Shown piece after piece: positions 27,426 through 40,786 of a stretch of 64,000 nt of DNA. Location: NCBI GenBank assembly GCA_964016885.1, contig OZ024744.1, forward strand, positions 2,604,001-2,668,000, written 5' to 3'. How positions within the stretch are numbered: the first letter of the stretch is position 1; the number at the start of each line of letters is the position of its first letter. The notes beneath the pieces were generated by a model. It worked only from the letters and a program-made list of their open reading frames with translations. It was not told where the DNA came from and made no database searches. A program made the translations under genes and the position numbers. Source of the DNA: Eledone cirrhosa (Eukaryota).

Positions 27426-30400
27426 AGTTGGTGAAGAACGAAGTTTTGAGGGGAGACAATTTAGAGAAAGATAGATTGGTGAAGAACGACGTTTTGAGGG
27501 AAGACAAGGTAGAGAAAGATAGCTTGGTGAAGAACGAAGTTTTGGGGGAAGACAAGGTAGAGAAAGATAGCTTGGTGAAGAACGAAGTTTTGGGGGAAAT
27601 CAAGGTAGAGAATAATAGTTTGGTGAAGAACGAAGTTTTGGGGGAAGACAAGGTAGAGAAAGATAGCTTGGTGAAGAACGACGTTTTGAGGGAAGACAAG
27701 GTAGAGAAAGATAGCTTGGTGAAGAACGAAGTTTTGGGGAAGACAATGTAGAGAAAGATAGCTTGGTGAAGAACGAAGTTTTGGGGGAAGACAAGGTAGA
27801 GAAAGATAGCTTGGTGAAGAACTAAGTTTTGGGAGAAAACAAGGTAGAGAAAGATAGCTTGGTGAAGAACGAAGTTTTGAGGGAAGACAAGGTAGAGAAA
27901 GATAGCTTGGTGAAGAACGACGTTTTGAGGGAAGACAAGGTAGAGAAAGATAGCTTGGTGAAGAACGACGTTTTGTGGGAAGACAAGGTAGAGAAAGATA
28001 GCTTGGTGAAGAACGAAGTTGTGGGGGGAAGACAAGGTAGAGAAAGATAGCTTGGTGAATAACGAAGTTTTGGGAGAAGACAAGGTCGAGAAAGATAGCT
28101 TGGTGAAGAACGAAATTTTGAGGGAAGCCAAGGTAGAGAAAGATAGCTTGGTGAAGAACGACGTTTTGAGGGAAGACAAGATAGAGAAAGATAGCTTGGT
28201 GAAGAACGACGTTTTGTGGGAAGACAAGGTGGAGAAAGATAGCTTGGTGAAGAACGAAGTTTTGGGGGAAGACAAGTTAGAGAAAGATAGCTTGGTGAAG
28301 AACGAAGTTTTGGTGGAAGACAAGGTAGAGAAAGATAGCTTGGTGAAGAACGATGTTTTGGGGAAGACAATGTAGATAAAGATAGCTTGGTGAAGAACGA
28401 AGTTTTGGGGGAAGACAAGGTAGAGAAAGATAGCTTGGTGAAGAACGAAGTTTTGAGGGAAGACAAGGTAGAGAAAGATAGCTTGGTGAATAACGAAGTT
28501 TTGGGAGAAGACAAGGTAGAGAAAGATAGTTGGTGAAGAACGAAGTTTTGAGGGGAGACAATTTAGAGAAAGATAGATTGGTGAAGAACGACGTTTTGAG
28601 GGAAGACAAGGTAGAGAAAGATAGCTTGGTGAAGAACGAAGTTTTGGGGGAAGACAAGGTAGAGAAAGATAGCTTGGTGAAGAACGACGTTTTGTGGGAA
28701 GACAAGGTAGAGAAAGATAGCTTGGTGAAGAACGAAGTTTTGTGGGAAGACAAGGTAGAGAAAGATAGCTTGGTGAAGAACGAAGTTTTGGGGGAAGACA
28801 AGGTAGAGAAAGATAGCTTGGTGAAGAACGAAGTTTTGGGGGAAGACAAGGTAGAGAAAGATAGCTTGGTGAAGAACGAAGTTTTGGGGGAAATCAAGGT
28901 AGAGAATAATAGTTTGGTGAAGAACGAAGTTTTGGGGGAAGACAAGGTAGAGAAAGATAGCTTGGTGAAGAACGACGTTTTGAGGGAAGACAAGGTAGAG
29001 AAAGATAGCTTGGTGAAGAACGAAGTTTTGGGGAAGACAATGTAGAGAAAGATAGCTTGGTGAAGAACGAAGTTTTGGGGGAAGACAAGGTAGAGAAAGA
29101 TAGCTTGGTGAAGAACTAAGTTTTGGGAGAAAACAAGGTAGAGAAAGATAGCTTGGTGAAGAACGAAGTTTTGAGGGAAGACAAGGTAGAGAAAGATAGC
29201 TTGGTGAAGAACGACGTTTTGAGGGAAGACAAGGTAGAGAAAGATAGCTTGGTGAAGAACGACGTTTTGTGGGAAGACAAGGTAGAGAAAGATAGCTTGG
29301 TGAAGAACGAAGTTTTGGGGGAAGACAAGGTAGAGAAAGATAGCTTGGTGAATAACGAAGTTTTGGGAGAAGACAAGGTCGAGAAAGATAGCTTGGTGAA
29401 GAACGAAATTTTGAGGGAAGACAAGGTAGAGAAAGATAGCTTGGTGAAGAACGACGTTTTGAGGGAAGACAAGATAGAGAAAGATAGCTTGGTGAAGAAC
29501 GACGTTTTGTGGGAAGACAAGGTGGAGAAAGATAGCTTGGTGAAGAACGAAGTTTTGGGGGAAGACAAGTTAGAGAAAGATAGCTTGGTGAAGAACGAAG
29601 TTTTGGTGGAAGACAAGGTAGAGAAAGATAGCTTGGTGAAGAACGATGTTTTGGGGAAGACAATGTAGAGAAAGATAGCTTGGTGAATAACGAAGTTTTG
29701 GGAGAAGACAAGGTAGAGAAAGATAGCTTGGTGAAGAACGACGTTTTGAGGGAAGACAAGGTAGAGAAAGATAGCTTGGTGAAGAACGAAGTTTTGGGGA
29801 AGACAATGTAGAGAAAGATAGCTTGGTGAAGAACGAAGTTTTGGGGGAAGACAAGGTAGAGAAAGATAGCTTGGTGAAGAACGAAGTTTTGAGGGAAGAC
29901 AAGGTAGAGAAAGATAGCTTGGTGAAGAACGAAGTTTTGAGGGAAGTCAAGGTAGAGAAAGATAGCTTGGTGAAGAACGACGTTTTGAGGGAATACAAGG
30001 TAGAGAAAGATACCTTGGTGAAGAACGACGTTTTGGGGGAAGACAAGGTAGAGAAAGATAGCTTGGTGAAGAACAACGTTTTGGGGGAAGACAAGGAAGA
30101 GAAAGATAGCTTGGTGAAGAACGAAGTATTGAGGGAAGACTCGGTAGAGAAAGATAGCTTGGTGAAGAACGAAGTTTTGAGGGAAGACAAGGTAGAGAAA
30201 TATAGCTTGGTGAAGAACGAGGTTTTGAGGGAAGACAAGGTAGAGAAAGATAGCTTGGTGAAGAACGAAGTTTTGGGGGAAGACAAGGTAGAGAAAGATA
30301 GCTTCGTGAAGAACGAAGTTTTGAGGGAAGACAAGGTAGAGAAATATAGCTTGGTGAAGAACGAAGTTTTGGGGGAAGACAATGTAGAGAAAGATAGATT

Positions 30401-33400
30401 GCTGAAGAACGAAGTTTTGAGGGACGACAAAGTAGAGAAAGATAGCTTGGTGAAGAACGAAGTTTTGGGGAAGACAAGGTAGAGAAAGATAGCTTGGTGA
30501 AGAACGAAGTTTTGAGGGAAGACAAGGTAGAGAAAGATAGCTTGGTGAAGAACGAGGTTTTGAGGGAAGACAAGGTAGAGAAAGATAGCTTGGTGAAGAA
30601 CGACGTTTTGAGGGAAGACAAGGTAGAGAAAGATAGCTTGGTGAAGAACGACGTTTTGGGGGAAGAAAGGTAGAGAAAGATAGCTTGGTGAAGAACAAAG
30701 TTTTGGGGGAAGACAAGGTATAGAAAGATAGCTTGGTGAAGAACGAAGTATTGAGGGAAGACTCGGTAGAGAAAGATAGCTTGGTGAAGAACGAAGTTTT
30801 TAGGGAAGACAAGGTAGAGAAAGATAGCTTGGTGAAGAACGAGGTTTTGAGGGAAGACAAGGTAGAGAAAGATAGCTTGGTGAAGAACGACGTTTTGGGG
30901 GAAGAAAGGTAGAGAAAGATAGCTTGGTGAAGAACAAAGTTTTGGGGGAAGACAAGGTAGAGAAAGATAGCTTGGTGAAGAACGAAGTGTTGGGGAAGAC
31001 AATGTAGAGAAAGATAGCTTGGTGAAGAACGAAGTTTTGGGGGAAGACAAGGTAGAGAAAGATAGCTTGGTGAAGAACGAAGGTTTGAGGGAAGACAAGG
31101 TAGAGAAAGATAGCTTGGTGAATAACAAAGTTTTGGGAGAAGACAAGGTCGAGAAAGATAGCTTGGTGAAGAACGAAGTTTTGAGGGTAGACAAGGTAGA
31201 GAAAGATAGCTTGGTGAAGAACGACGTTTTGAGGGAAGACAAGATAGAGAAAGATAGCTTGGTGAAGAACGACGTTTTGTGGGAAGACAAGGTAGAGAAA
31301 GATAGCTTGGTGAAGAACGAAGTTTTGTGGGAAGACAAGGTAGAGAAAGATAGCTTGGTGAAGAACGAAGTTTTGGGGGAAGACAAGGTAGAGAAAGATA
31401 GCTTGGTGAAGAACGAAGTTTTGGGGGAAGACAAGGTAGAGAAAGATAGCTTGGTGAAGAACGAAGTTTTGGGGGAAATCAAGGTAGAGAATAATAGTTT
31501 GGTGAAGAACGAAGTTTTGGGGGAAGACAAGGTAGAGAAAGATAGCTTGGTGAAGAACGACGTTTTGAGGGAAGACAAGGTAGAGAAAGATAGCTTGGTG
31601 AAGAACGAAGTTTTGGGGAAGACAATGTAGAGAAAGATAGCTTGGTGAAGAACGAAGTTTTGGGGGAAGACAAGGTAGAGAAAGATAGCTTGGTGAAGAA
31701 CTAAGTTTTGGGAGAAAACAAGGTAGAGAAAGATAGCTTGGTGAAGAACGAAGTTTTGAGGGAAGACAAGGTAGAGAAAGATAGCTTGGTGAATAACGAA
31801 GTTTTGGGAGAAGACAAGGTCGAGAAAGATAGCTTGGTGAAGAACGAAATTTTGAGGGAAGCCAAGGTAGAGAAAGATAGCTTGGTGAAGAACGACGTTT
31901 TGAGGGAAGACAAGATAGAGAAAGATAGCTTGGTGAAGAACGACGTTTTGTGGGAAGACAAGGTGGAGAAAGATAGCTTGGTGAAGAACGAAGTTTTGGG
32001 GGAAGACAAGTTAGAGAAAGATAGCTTGGTGAAGAACGAAGTTTTGGTGGAAGACAAGGTAGAGAAAGATAGCTTGGTGAAGAACGATGTTTTGGGGAAG
32101 ACAATGTAGATAAAGATAGCTTGGTGAAGAACGAAGTTTTGGGGGAAGACAAGGTAGAGAAAGATAGCTTGGTGAAGAACGAAGTTTTGAGGGAAGACAA
32201 GGTAGAGAAAGATAGCTTGGTGAATAACGAAGTTTTGGGAGAAGACAAGGTAGAGAAAGATAGCTTGGTGAAGAACGAAGTTTTGGGGGAAGACAAGGTA
32301 GAGAAAGATAGCTTGGTGAAGAACGAAGTTTTGGGGGAAATCAAGGTAGAGAATAATAGTTTGGTGAAGAACGAAGTTTTGGGGGAAGACAAGGTAGAGA
32401 AAGATAGCTTGGTGAAGAACGACGTTTTGAGGGAAGACAAGGTAGAGAAAGATAGCTTGGTGAAGAACGAAGTTTTGGGGAAGACAATGTAGAGAAAGAT
32501 AGCTTGGTGAAGAACGAAGTTTTGGGGGAAGACAAGGTAGAGAAAGATAGCTTGGTGAAGAACTAAGTTTTGGGAGAAAACAAGGTAGAGAAAGATAGCT
32601 TGGTGAAGAACGAAGTTTTGAGGGAAGACAAGGTAGAGAAAGATAGCTTGGTGAAGAACGACGTTTTGAGGGAAGACAAGGTAGAGAAAGATAGCTTGGT
32701 GAAGAACGACGTTTTGTGGGAAGACAAGGTAGAGAAAGATAGCTTGGTGAAGAACGAAGTTTTGGGGGAAGACAAGGTAGAGAAAGATAGCTTGGTGAAT
32801 AACGAAGTTTTGGGAGAAGACAAGGTCGAGAAAGATAGCTTGGTGAAGAACGAAATTTTGAGGGAAGACAAGGTAGAGAAAGATAGCTTGGTGAAGAACG
32901 ACGTTTTGAGGGAAGACAAGATAGAGAAAGATAGCTTGGTGAAGAACGACGTTTTGTGGGAAGACAAGGTGGAGAAAGATAGCTTGGTGAAGAACGAAGT
33001 TTTGGGGGAAGACAAGTTAGAGAAAGATAGCTTGGTGAAGAACGAAGTTTTGGTGGAAGACAAGGTAGAGAAAGATAGCTTGGTGAAGAACGATGTTTTG
33101 GGGAAGACAATGTAGAGAAAGATAGCTTGGTGAAGAACGAAGTTTTGGGGGAAGACAAGGTAGAGAAAGATAGCTTGGTGAAGAACGAAGTTTTGAGGGA
33201 AGACAAGGTAGAGAAAGATAGCTTGGTGAATAACGAAGTTTTGGGAGAAGACAAGGTAGAGAAAGATAGTTGGTGAAGAACGAAGTTTTGAGGGAAGACA
33301 ATTTAGAGAAAGATAGATTGGTGAAGAACGACGTTTTGAGGGAAGACAAGGTAGAGAAAGATAGCTTGGTGAAGAACGACGTTTTGTGGGAAGACAAGGT

Positions 33401-36400
33401 AGAGAAAGATAGCCTGGTGAAGAACGAAGTTTTGGGGGAAGACAAGGTAGAGAAAGATAGCTTGGTGAATAACGAAATGTTGGGAGAAGACAAGGTCGAG
33501 AAAGATAGCTTGGTGAAGAACGAAATTTTGAGGGAAGACAATGTAGAGAAAGATAGCTTGGTGAAGAACGAAGTTTTGGGGGAAGACAAGGTAGAGAAAG
33601 ATAGCTTGGTGAAGAACGAAGTTTTGGGGGAAGACAAGGTAGAGAAAGATAGCTTGGTGAAGAACGAAGTTTTGGGGGAAGACAAGGTAGAGAAAGATAG
33701 CTTGGTGAAGAACGAAGTTTTGGGGGAAGACAAGGTAGAGAAAGATAGCTTGGTGAAGAACGAAGTTTTGTGGAAGACAATGTAGAGAAAGATAGCTTGG
33801 TGAAGAACGAAGTTTTGGGGAGGACAAGGTAGAGAAAGATAGCTTGGTGAATAACGAAGTTTTGGGAGAAGACAAGGTAGAGAAAGATAGCTTGGTGAAG
33901 AACGAAGTTTTGAGGGAAGACAAGGTAGAGAAAGATAGCTTGGTGAAGAACGACATTTTGAGGGAAGACAAGGTAGAGAAAGATAGCTTGGTGAAGAACG
34001 ACGTTTTGTGGGAAGACAAGGTAGAGAAAGATAGCTTGGTGAAGAACGAAGTTTTGGGGGAAGACAAGGTAGAGAAAGATAGCTTGGTGAAGAACGAAGT
34101 TTTGGGGGAAGACAAGGTAGAGAAAGATAGCTTGGTGAAGAACGAAGTTTTGGGGGAAGACAAGGTAGAGAAAGATAGCTTGGTGAAGAACGAAGTGTTG
34201 GGGAAGACAATGTAGAGAAAGATAGCTTGGTGAAGAACGAAGTTTTGGGGGAAGACAAGGTAGAGAAAGATAGCTTGGTGAAGAACGAAGGTTTGAGGGA
34301 AGACAAGGTAGAGAAAGATAGCTTGGTGAATAACAAAGTTTTGGGAGAAGACAAGGTCGAGAAAGATAGCTTGGTGAAGAACGAAGTTTTGAGGGTAGAC
34401 AAGGTAGAGAAAGATAGCTTGGTGAAGAACGACGTTTTGAGGGAAGACAAGATAGAGAAAGATAGCTTGGTGAAGAACGACGTTTTGTGGGAAGACAAGG
34501 TAGAGAAAGATAGCTTGGTGAAGAACGAAGTTTTGTGGGAAGACAAGGTAGAGAAAGATAGCTTGGTGAAGAACGAAGTTTTGGGGGAAGACAAGGTAGA
34601 GAAAGATAGCTTGGTGAAGAACGAAGTTTTGGGGGAAGACAAGGTAGAGAAAGATAGCTTGGTGAAGAACGAAGTTTTGGGGGAAATCAAGGTAGAGAAT
34701 AATAGTTTGGTGAAGAACGAAGTTTTGGGGGAAGACAAGGTAGAGAAAGATAGCTTGGTGAAGAACGACGTTTTGAGGGAAGACAAGGTAGAGAAAGATA
34801 GCTTGGTGAAGAACGAAGTTTTGGGGAAGACAATGTAGAGAAAGATAGCTTGGTGAAGAACGAAGTTTTGGGGGAAGACAAGGTAGAGAAAGATAGCTTG
34901 GTGAAGAACTAAGTTTTGGGAGAAAACAAGGTAGAGAAAGATAGCTTGGTGAAGAACGAAGTTTTGAGGGAAGACAAGGTAGAGAAAGATAGCTTGGTGA
35001 AGAACGACGTTTTGAGGGAAGACAAGGTAGAGAAAGATAGCTTGGTGAAGAACGACGTTTTGTGGGAAGACAAGGTAGAGAAAGATAGCTTGGTGAAGAA
35101 CGACGTTTTGGGGGAAGACAAGGTAGAGAAAGATAGCTTGGTGAATAACGAAGTTTTGGGAGAAGACAAGGTCGAGAAAGATAGCTTGGTGAAGAACGAA
35201 ATTTTGAGGGAAGACAAGGTAGAGAAAGATAGCTTGGTGAAGAACGACGTTTTGAGGGAAGACAAGATAGAGAAAGATAGCTTGGTGAAGAACGACGTTT
35301 TGTGGGAAGACAAGGTGGAGAAAGATAGCTTGGTGAAGAACGAAGTTTTGGGGGAAGACAAGTTAGAGAAAGATAGCTTGGTGAAGAACGAAGTTTTGGT
35401 GGAAGACAAGGTAGAGAAAGATAGCTTGGTGAAGAACGATGTTTTGGGGAAGACAATGTAGAGAAAGATAGCTTGGTGAAGAACGAAGTTTTGGGGGAAG
35501 ACAAGGTAGAGAAAGATAGCTTGGTGAAGAACGAAGTTTTGAGGGAAGACAAGGTAGAGAAAGATAGCTTGGTGAATAACGAAGTTTTGGGAGAAGACAA
35601 GGTAGAGAAAGATAGTTGGTGAAGAACGAAGTTTTGAGGGAAGACAATTTAGAGAAAGATAGATTGGTGAAGAACGACGTTTTGAGGGAAGACAAGGTAG
35701 AGAAAGATAGCTTGGTGAAGAACGGCGTTTTGTGGGAAGACAAGGTAGAGAAAGATAGCTTGGTGAAGAACGAAGTTTTGGGGGAAGACAAGGTAGAGAA
35801 AGATAGCTTGGTGAAGAACGAAGTTTTGGGGAAGACAATGTAGAGAAAGATAGCTTGGTGAAGAACGAAGTTTTGGGGGAAGACAAGGTAGAGAAAGATA
35901 GCTTGGTGAAGAACGAAGTTTTGAGGGAAGACAAGGTAGAGAAAGATAGCTTGGTGAATAACGAAGTTTTGGGAGAAGACAAGGTAGAGAAAGATAGCTT
36001 GGTGAAGAACGACGTTTTGAGGGAAGACAAGGTAGAGAAAGATAGCTTGGTGAAGAACGAAGTTTTGGGGAAGACAATGTAGAGAAAGATAGCTTGGTGA
36101 AGAACGAAGTTTTGGGGGAAGACAAGGTAGAGAAAGATAGCTTGGTGAAGAACGAAGTTTTGAGGGAAGACAAGGTAGAGAAAGATAGCTTGGTGAAGAA
36201 CGAAGTTTTGAGGGAAGTCAAGGTAGAGAAAGATAGCTTGGTGAAGAACGACGTTTTGAGGGAATACAAGGTAGAGAAAGATACCTTGGTGAAGAACGAC
36301 GTTTTGGGGGAAGACAAGGTAGAGAAAGATAGCTTGGTGAAGAACAACGTTTTGGGGGAAGACAAGGAAGAGAAAGATAGCTTGGTGAAGAACGAAGTAT

Positions 36401-39400
36401 TGAGGGAAGACTCGGTAGAGAAAGATAGCTTGGTGAAGAACGAAGTTTTGAGGGAAGACAAGGTAGAGAAATATAGCTTGGTGAAGAACGAGGTTTTGAG
36501 GGAAGACAAGGTAGAGAAAGATAGCTTGGTGAAGAACGAAGTTTTGGGGGAAGACAAGGTAGAGAAAGATAGCTTCGTGAAGAACGAAGTTTTGAGGGAA
36601 GACAAGGTAGAGAAATATAGCTTGGTGAAGAACGAAGTTTTGGGGGAAGACAATGTAGAGAAAGATAGATTGCTGAAGAACGAAGTTTTGAGGGACGACA
36701 AAGTAGAGAAAGATAGCTTGGTGAAGAACGAAGTTTTGGGGAAGACAAGGTAGAGAAAGATAGCTTGGTGAAGAACGAAGTTTTGAGGGAAGACAAGGTA
36801 GAGAAAGATAGCTTGGTGAAGAACGAGGTTTTGAGGGAAGACAAGGTAGAGAAAGATAGCTTGGTGAAGAACGACGTTTTGAGGGAAGACAAGGTAGAGA
36901 AAGATAGCTTGGTGAAGAACGACGTTTTGGGGGAAGAAAGGTAGAGAAAGATAGCTTGGTGAAGAACAAAGTTTTGGGGGAAGACAAGGTATAGAAAGAT
37001 AGCTTGGTGAAGAACGAAGTATTGAGGGAAGACTCGGTAGAGAAAGATAGCTTGGTGAAGAACGAAGTTTTTAGGGAAGACAAGGTAGAGAAAGATAGCT
37101 TGGTGAAGAACGAGGTTTTGAGGGAAGACAAGGTAGAGAAAGATAGCTTGGTGAAGAACGACGTTTTGGGGGAAGAAAGGTAGAGAAAGATAGCTTGGTG
37201 AAGAACAAAGTTTTGGGGGAAGACAAGGTAGAGAAAGATAGCTTGGTGAAGAACGAAGTGTTGGGGAAGACAATGTAGAGAAAGATAGCTTGGTGAAGAA
37301 CGAAGTTTTGGGGGAAGACAAGGTAGAGAAAGATAGCTTGGTGAAGAACGAAGGTTTGAGGGAAGACAAGGTAGAGAAAGATAGCTTGGTGAATAACAAA
37401 GTTTTGGGAGAAGACAAGGTCGAGAAAGATAGCTTGGTGAAGAACGAAGTTTTGAGGGTAGACAAGGTAGAGAAAGATAGCTTGGTGAAGAACGACGTTT
37501 TGAGGGAAGACAAGATAGAGAAAGATAGCTTGGTGAAGAACGACGTTTTGTGGGAAGACAAGGTAGAGAAAGATAGCTTGGTGAAGAACGAAGTTTTGTG
37601 GGAAGACAAGGTAGAGAAAGATAGCTTGGTGAAGAACGAAGTTTTGGGGGAAGACAAGGTAGAGAAAGATAGCTTGGTGAAGAACGAAGTTTTGGGGGAA
37701 GACAAGGTAGAGAAAGATAGCTTGGTGAAGAACGAAGTTTTGGGGGAAATCAAGGTAGAGAATAATAGTTTGGTGAAGAACGAAGTTTTGGGGGAAGACA
37801 AGGTAGAGAAAGATAGCTTGGTGAAGAACGACGTTTTGAGGGAAGACAAGGTAGAGAAAGATAGCTTGGTGAAGAACGAAGTTTTGGGGAAGACAATGTA
37901 GAGAAAGATAGCTTGGTGAAGAACGAAGTTTTGGGGGAAGACAAGGTAGAGAAAGATAGCTTGGTGAAGAACTAAGTTTTGGGAGAAAACAAGGTAGAGA
38001 AAGATAGCTTGGTGAAGAACGAAGTTTTGAGGGAAGACAAGGTAGAGAAAGATAGCTTGGTGAATAACGAAGTTTTGGGAGAAGACAAGGTCGAGAAAGA
38101 TAGCTTGGTGAAGAACGAAATTTTGAGGGAAGCCAAGGTAGAGAAAGATAGCTTGGTGAAGAACGACGTTTTGAGGGAAGACAAGATAGAGAAAGATAGC
38201 TTGGTGAAGAACGACGTTTTGTGGGAAGACAAGGTGGAGAAAGATAGCTTGGTGAAGAACGAAGTTTTGGGGGAAGACAAGTTAGAGAAAGATAGCTTGG
38301 TGAAGAACGAAGTTTTGGTGGAAGACAAGGTAGAGAAAGATAGCTTGGTGAAGAACGATGTTTTGGGGAAGACAATGTAGATAAAGATAGCTTGGTGAAG
38401 AACGAAGTTTTGGGGGAAGACAAGGTAGAGAAAGATAGCTTGGTGAAGAACGAAGTTTTGAGGGAAGACAAGGTAGAGAAAGATAGCTTGGTGAATAACG
38501 AAGTTTTGGGAGAAGACAAGGTAGAGAAAGATAGTTGGTGAAGAACGAAGTTTTGAGGGGAGACAATTTAGAGAAAGATAGATTGGTGAAGAACGACGTT
38601 TTGAGGGAAGACAAGGTAGAGAAAGATAGCTTGGTGAAGAACGAAGTTTTGGGGGAAGACAAGGTAGAGAAAGATAGCTTGGTGAAGAACGAAGTTTTGG
38701 GGGAAATCAAGGTAGAGAATAATAGTTTGGTGAAGAACGAAGTTTTGGGGGAAGACAAGGTAGAGAAAGATAGCTTGGTGAAGAACGACGTTTTGAGGGA
38801 AGACAAGGTAGAGAAAGATAGCTTGGTGAAGAACGAAGTTTTGGGGAAGACAATGTAGAGAAAGATAGCTTGGTGAAGAACGAAATTTTGGGGGAAGACA
38901 AGGTATAGAAAGATAGCTTGGTGAAGAACTAAGTTTTGGGAGAAAACAAGGTAGAGAAAGATAGCTTGGTGAAGAACGAAGTTTTGAGGGAAGACAAGGT
39001 AGAGAAAGATAGCTTGGTGAAGAACGACGTTTTGAGGGAAGACAAGGTAGAGAAAGATAGCTTGGTGAAGAACGACGTTTTGTGGGAAGACAAGGTAGAG
39101 AAAGATAGCTTGGTGAAGAACGAAGTTGTGGGGGGAAGACAAGGTAGAGAAAGATAGCTTGGTGAATAACGAAGTTTTGGGAGAAGACAAGGTCGAGAAA
39201 GATAGCTTGGTGAAGAACGAAATTTTGAGGGAAGCCAAGGTAGAGAAAGATAGCTTGGTGAAGAACGACGTTTTGAGGGAAGACAAGATAGAGAAAGATA
39301 GCTTGGTGAAGAACGACGTTTTGTGGGAAGACAAGGTGGAGAAAGATAGCTTGGTGAAGAACGAAGTTTTGGGGGAAGACAAGTTAGAGAAAGATAGCTT

Positions 39401-40786
39401 GGTGAAGAACGAAGTTTTGGTGGAAGACAAGGTAGAGAAAGATAGCTTGGTGAAGAACGATGTTTTGGGGAAGACAATGTAGATAAAGATAGCTTGGTGA
39501 AGAACGAAGTTTTGGGGGAAGACAAGGTAGAGAAAGATAGCTTGGTGAAGAACGAAGTTTTGAGGGAAGACAAGGTAGAGAAAGATAGCTTGGTGAATAA
39601 CGAAGTTTTGGGAGAAGACAAGGTAGAGAAAGATAGTTGGTGAAGAACGAAGTTTTGAGGGGAGACAATTTAGAGAAAGATAGATTGGTGAAGAACGACG
39701 TTTTGAGGGAAGACAAGGTAGAGAAAGATAGCTTGGTGAAGAACGAAGTTTTGGGGGAAGACAAGGTAGAGAAAGATAGCTTGGTGAAGAACGACGTTTT
39801 GTGGGAAGACAAGGTAGAGAAAGATAGCTTGGTGAAGAACGAAGTTTTGTGGGAAGACAAGGTAGAGAAAGATAGCTTGGTGAAGAACGAAGTTTTGGGG
39901 GAAGACAAGGTAGAGAAAGATAGCTTGGTGAAGAACGAAGTTTTGGGGGAAGACAAGGTAGAGAAAGATAGCTTGGTGAAGAACGAAGTTTTGGGGGAAA
40001 TCAAGGTAGAGAATAATAGTTTGGTGAAGAACGAAGTTTTGGGGGAAGACAAGGTAGAGAAAGATAGCTTGGTGAAGAACGACGTTTTGAGGGAAGACAA
40101 GGTAGAGAAAGATAGCTTGGTGAAGAACGAAGTTTTGGGGAAGACAATGTAGAGAAAGATAGCTTGGTGAAGAACGAAGTTTTGGGGGAAGACAAGGTAG
40201 AGAAAGATAGCTTGGTGAAGAACTAAGTTTTGGGAGAAAACAAGGTAGAGAAAGATAGCTTGGTGAAGAACGAAGTTTTGAGGGAAGACAAGGTAGAGAA
40301 AGATAGCTTGGTGAAGAACGACGTTTTGAGGGAAGACAAGGTAGAGAAAGATAGCTTGGTGAAGAACGACGTTTTGTGGGAAGACAAGGTAGAGAAAGAT
40401 AGCTTGGTGAAGAACGAAGTTTTGGGGGAAGACAAGGTAGAGAAAGATAGCTTGGTGAATAACGAAGTTTTGGGAGAAGACAAGGTCGAGAAAGATAGCT
40501 TGGTGAAGAACGAAATTTTGAGGGAAGACAAGGTAGAGAAAGATAGCTTGGTGAAGAACGACGTTTTGAGGGAAGACAAGATAGAGAAAGATAGCTTGGT
40601 GAAGAACGACGTTTTGTGGGAAGACAAGGTGGAGAAAGATAGCTTGGTGAAGAACGAAGTTTTGGGGGAAGACAAGTTAGAGAAAGATAGCTTGGTGAAG
40701 AACGAAGTTTTGGTGGAAGACAAGGTAGAGAAAGATAGCTTGGTGAAGAACGATGTTTTGGGGAAGACAATGTAGAGAAAGATAGC
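18621..40786 (+). repeat. Tandem duplication of an ~11.1-kb super-block (junction ~29680)
   Basis: The offset is 11,059 for 18764/29823 through 23168/34227, then 11,107 (one extra monomer) for 23809/34916 through 29123/40230. Private shared variants are GAGGAC at 22763/33822 and GTTGTGGGGGG at 28021/39128. Confidence 0.92.
23803..26865 (+). repeat. HOR type B-long unit, 64 monomers (3,063 bp)
   Basis: The marker-to-marker distance is 3,063 = 64x48-9, and the same length recurs at 34910-37972. It contains a 9-monomer block with GAAGTCAAG, GAATACAAG, GATACCTTG, AACAACG and AAGGAAGAG that is absent from B-short. Confidence 0.9.
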
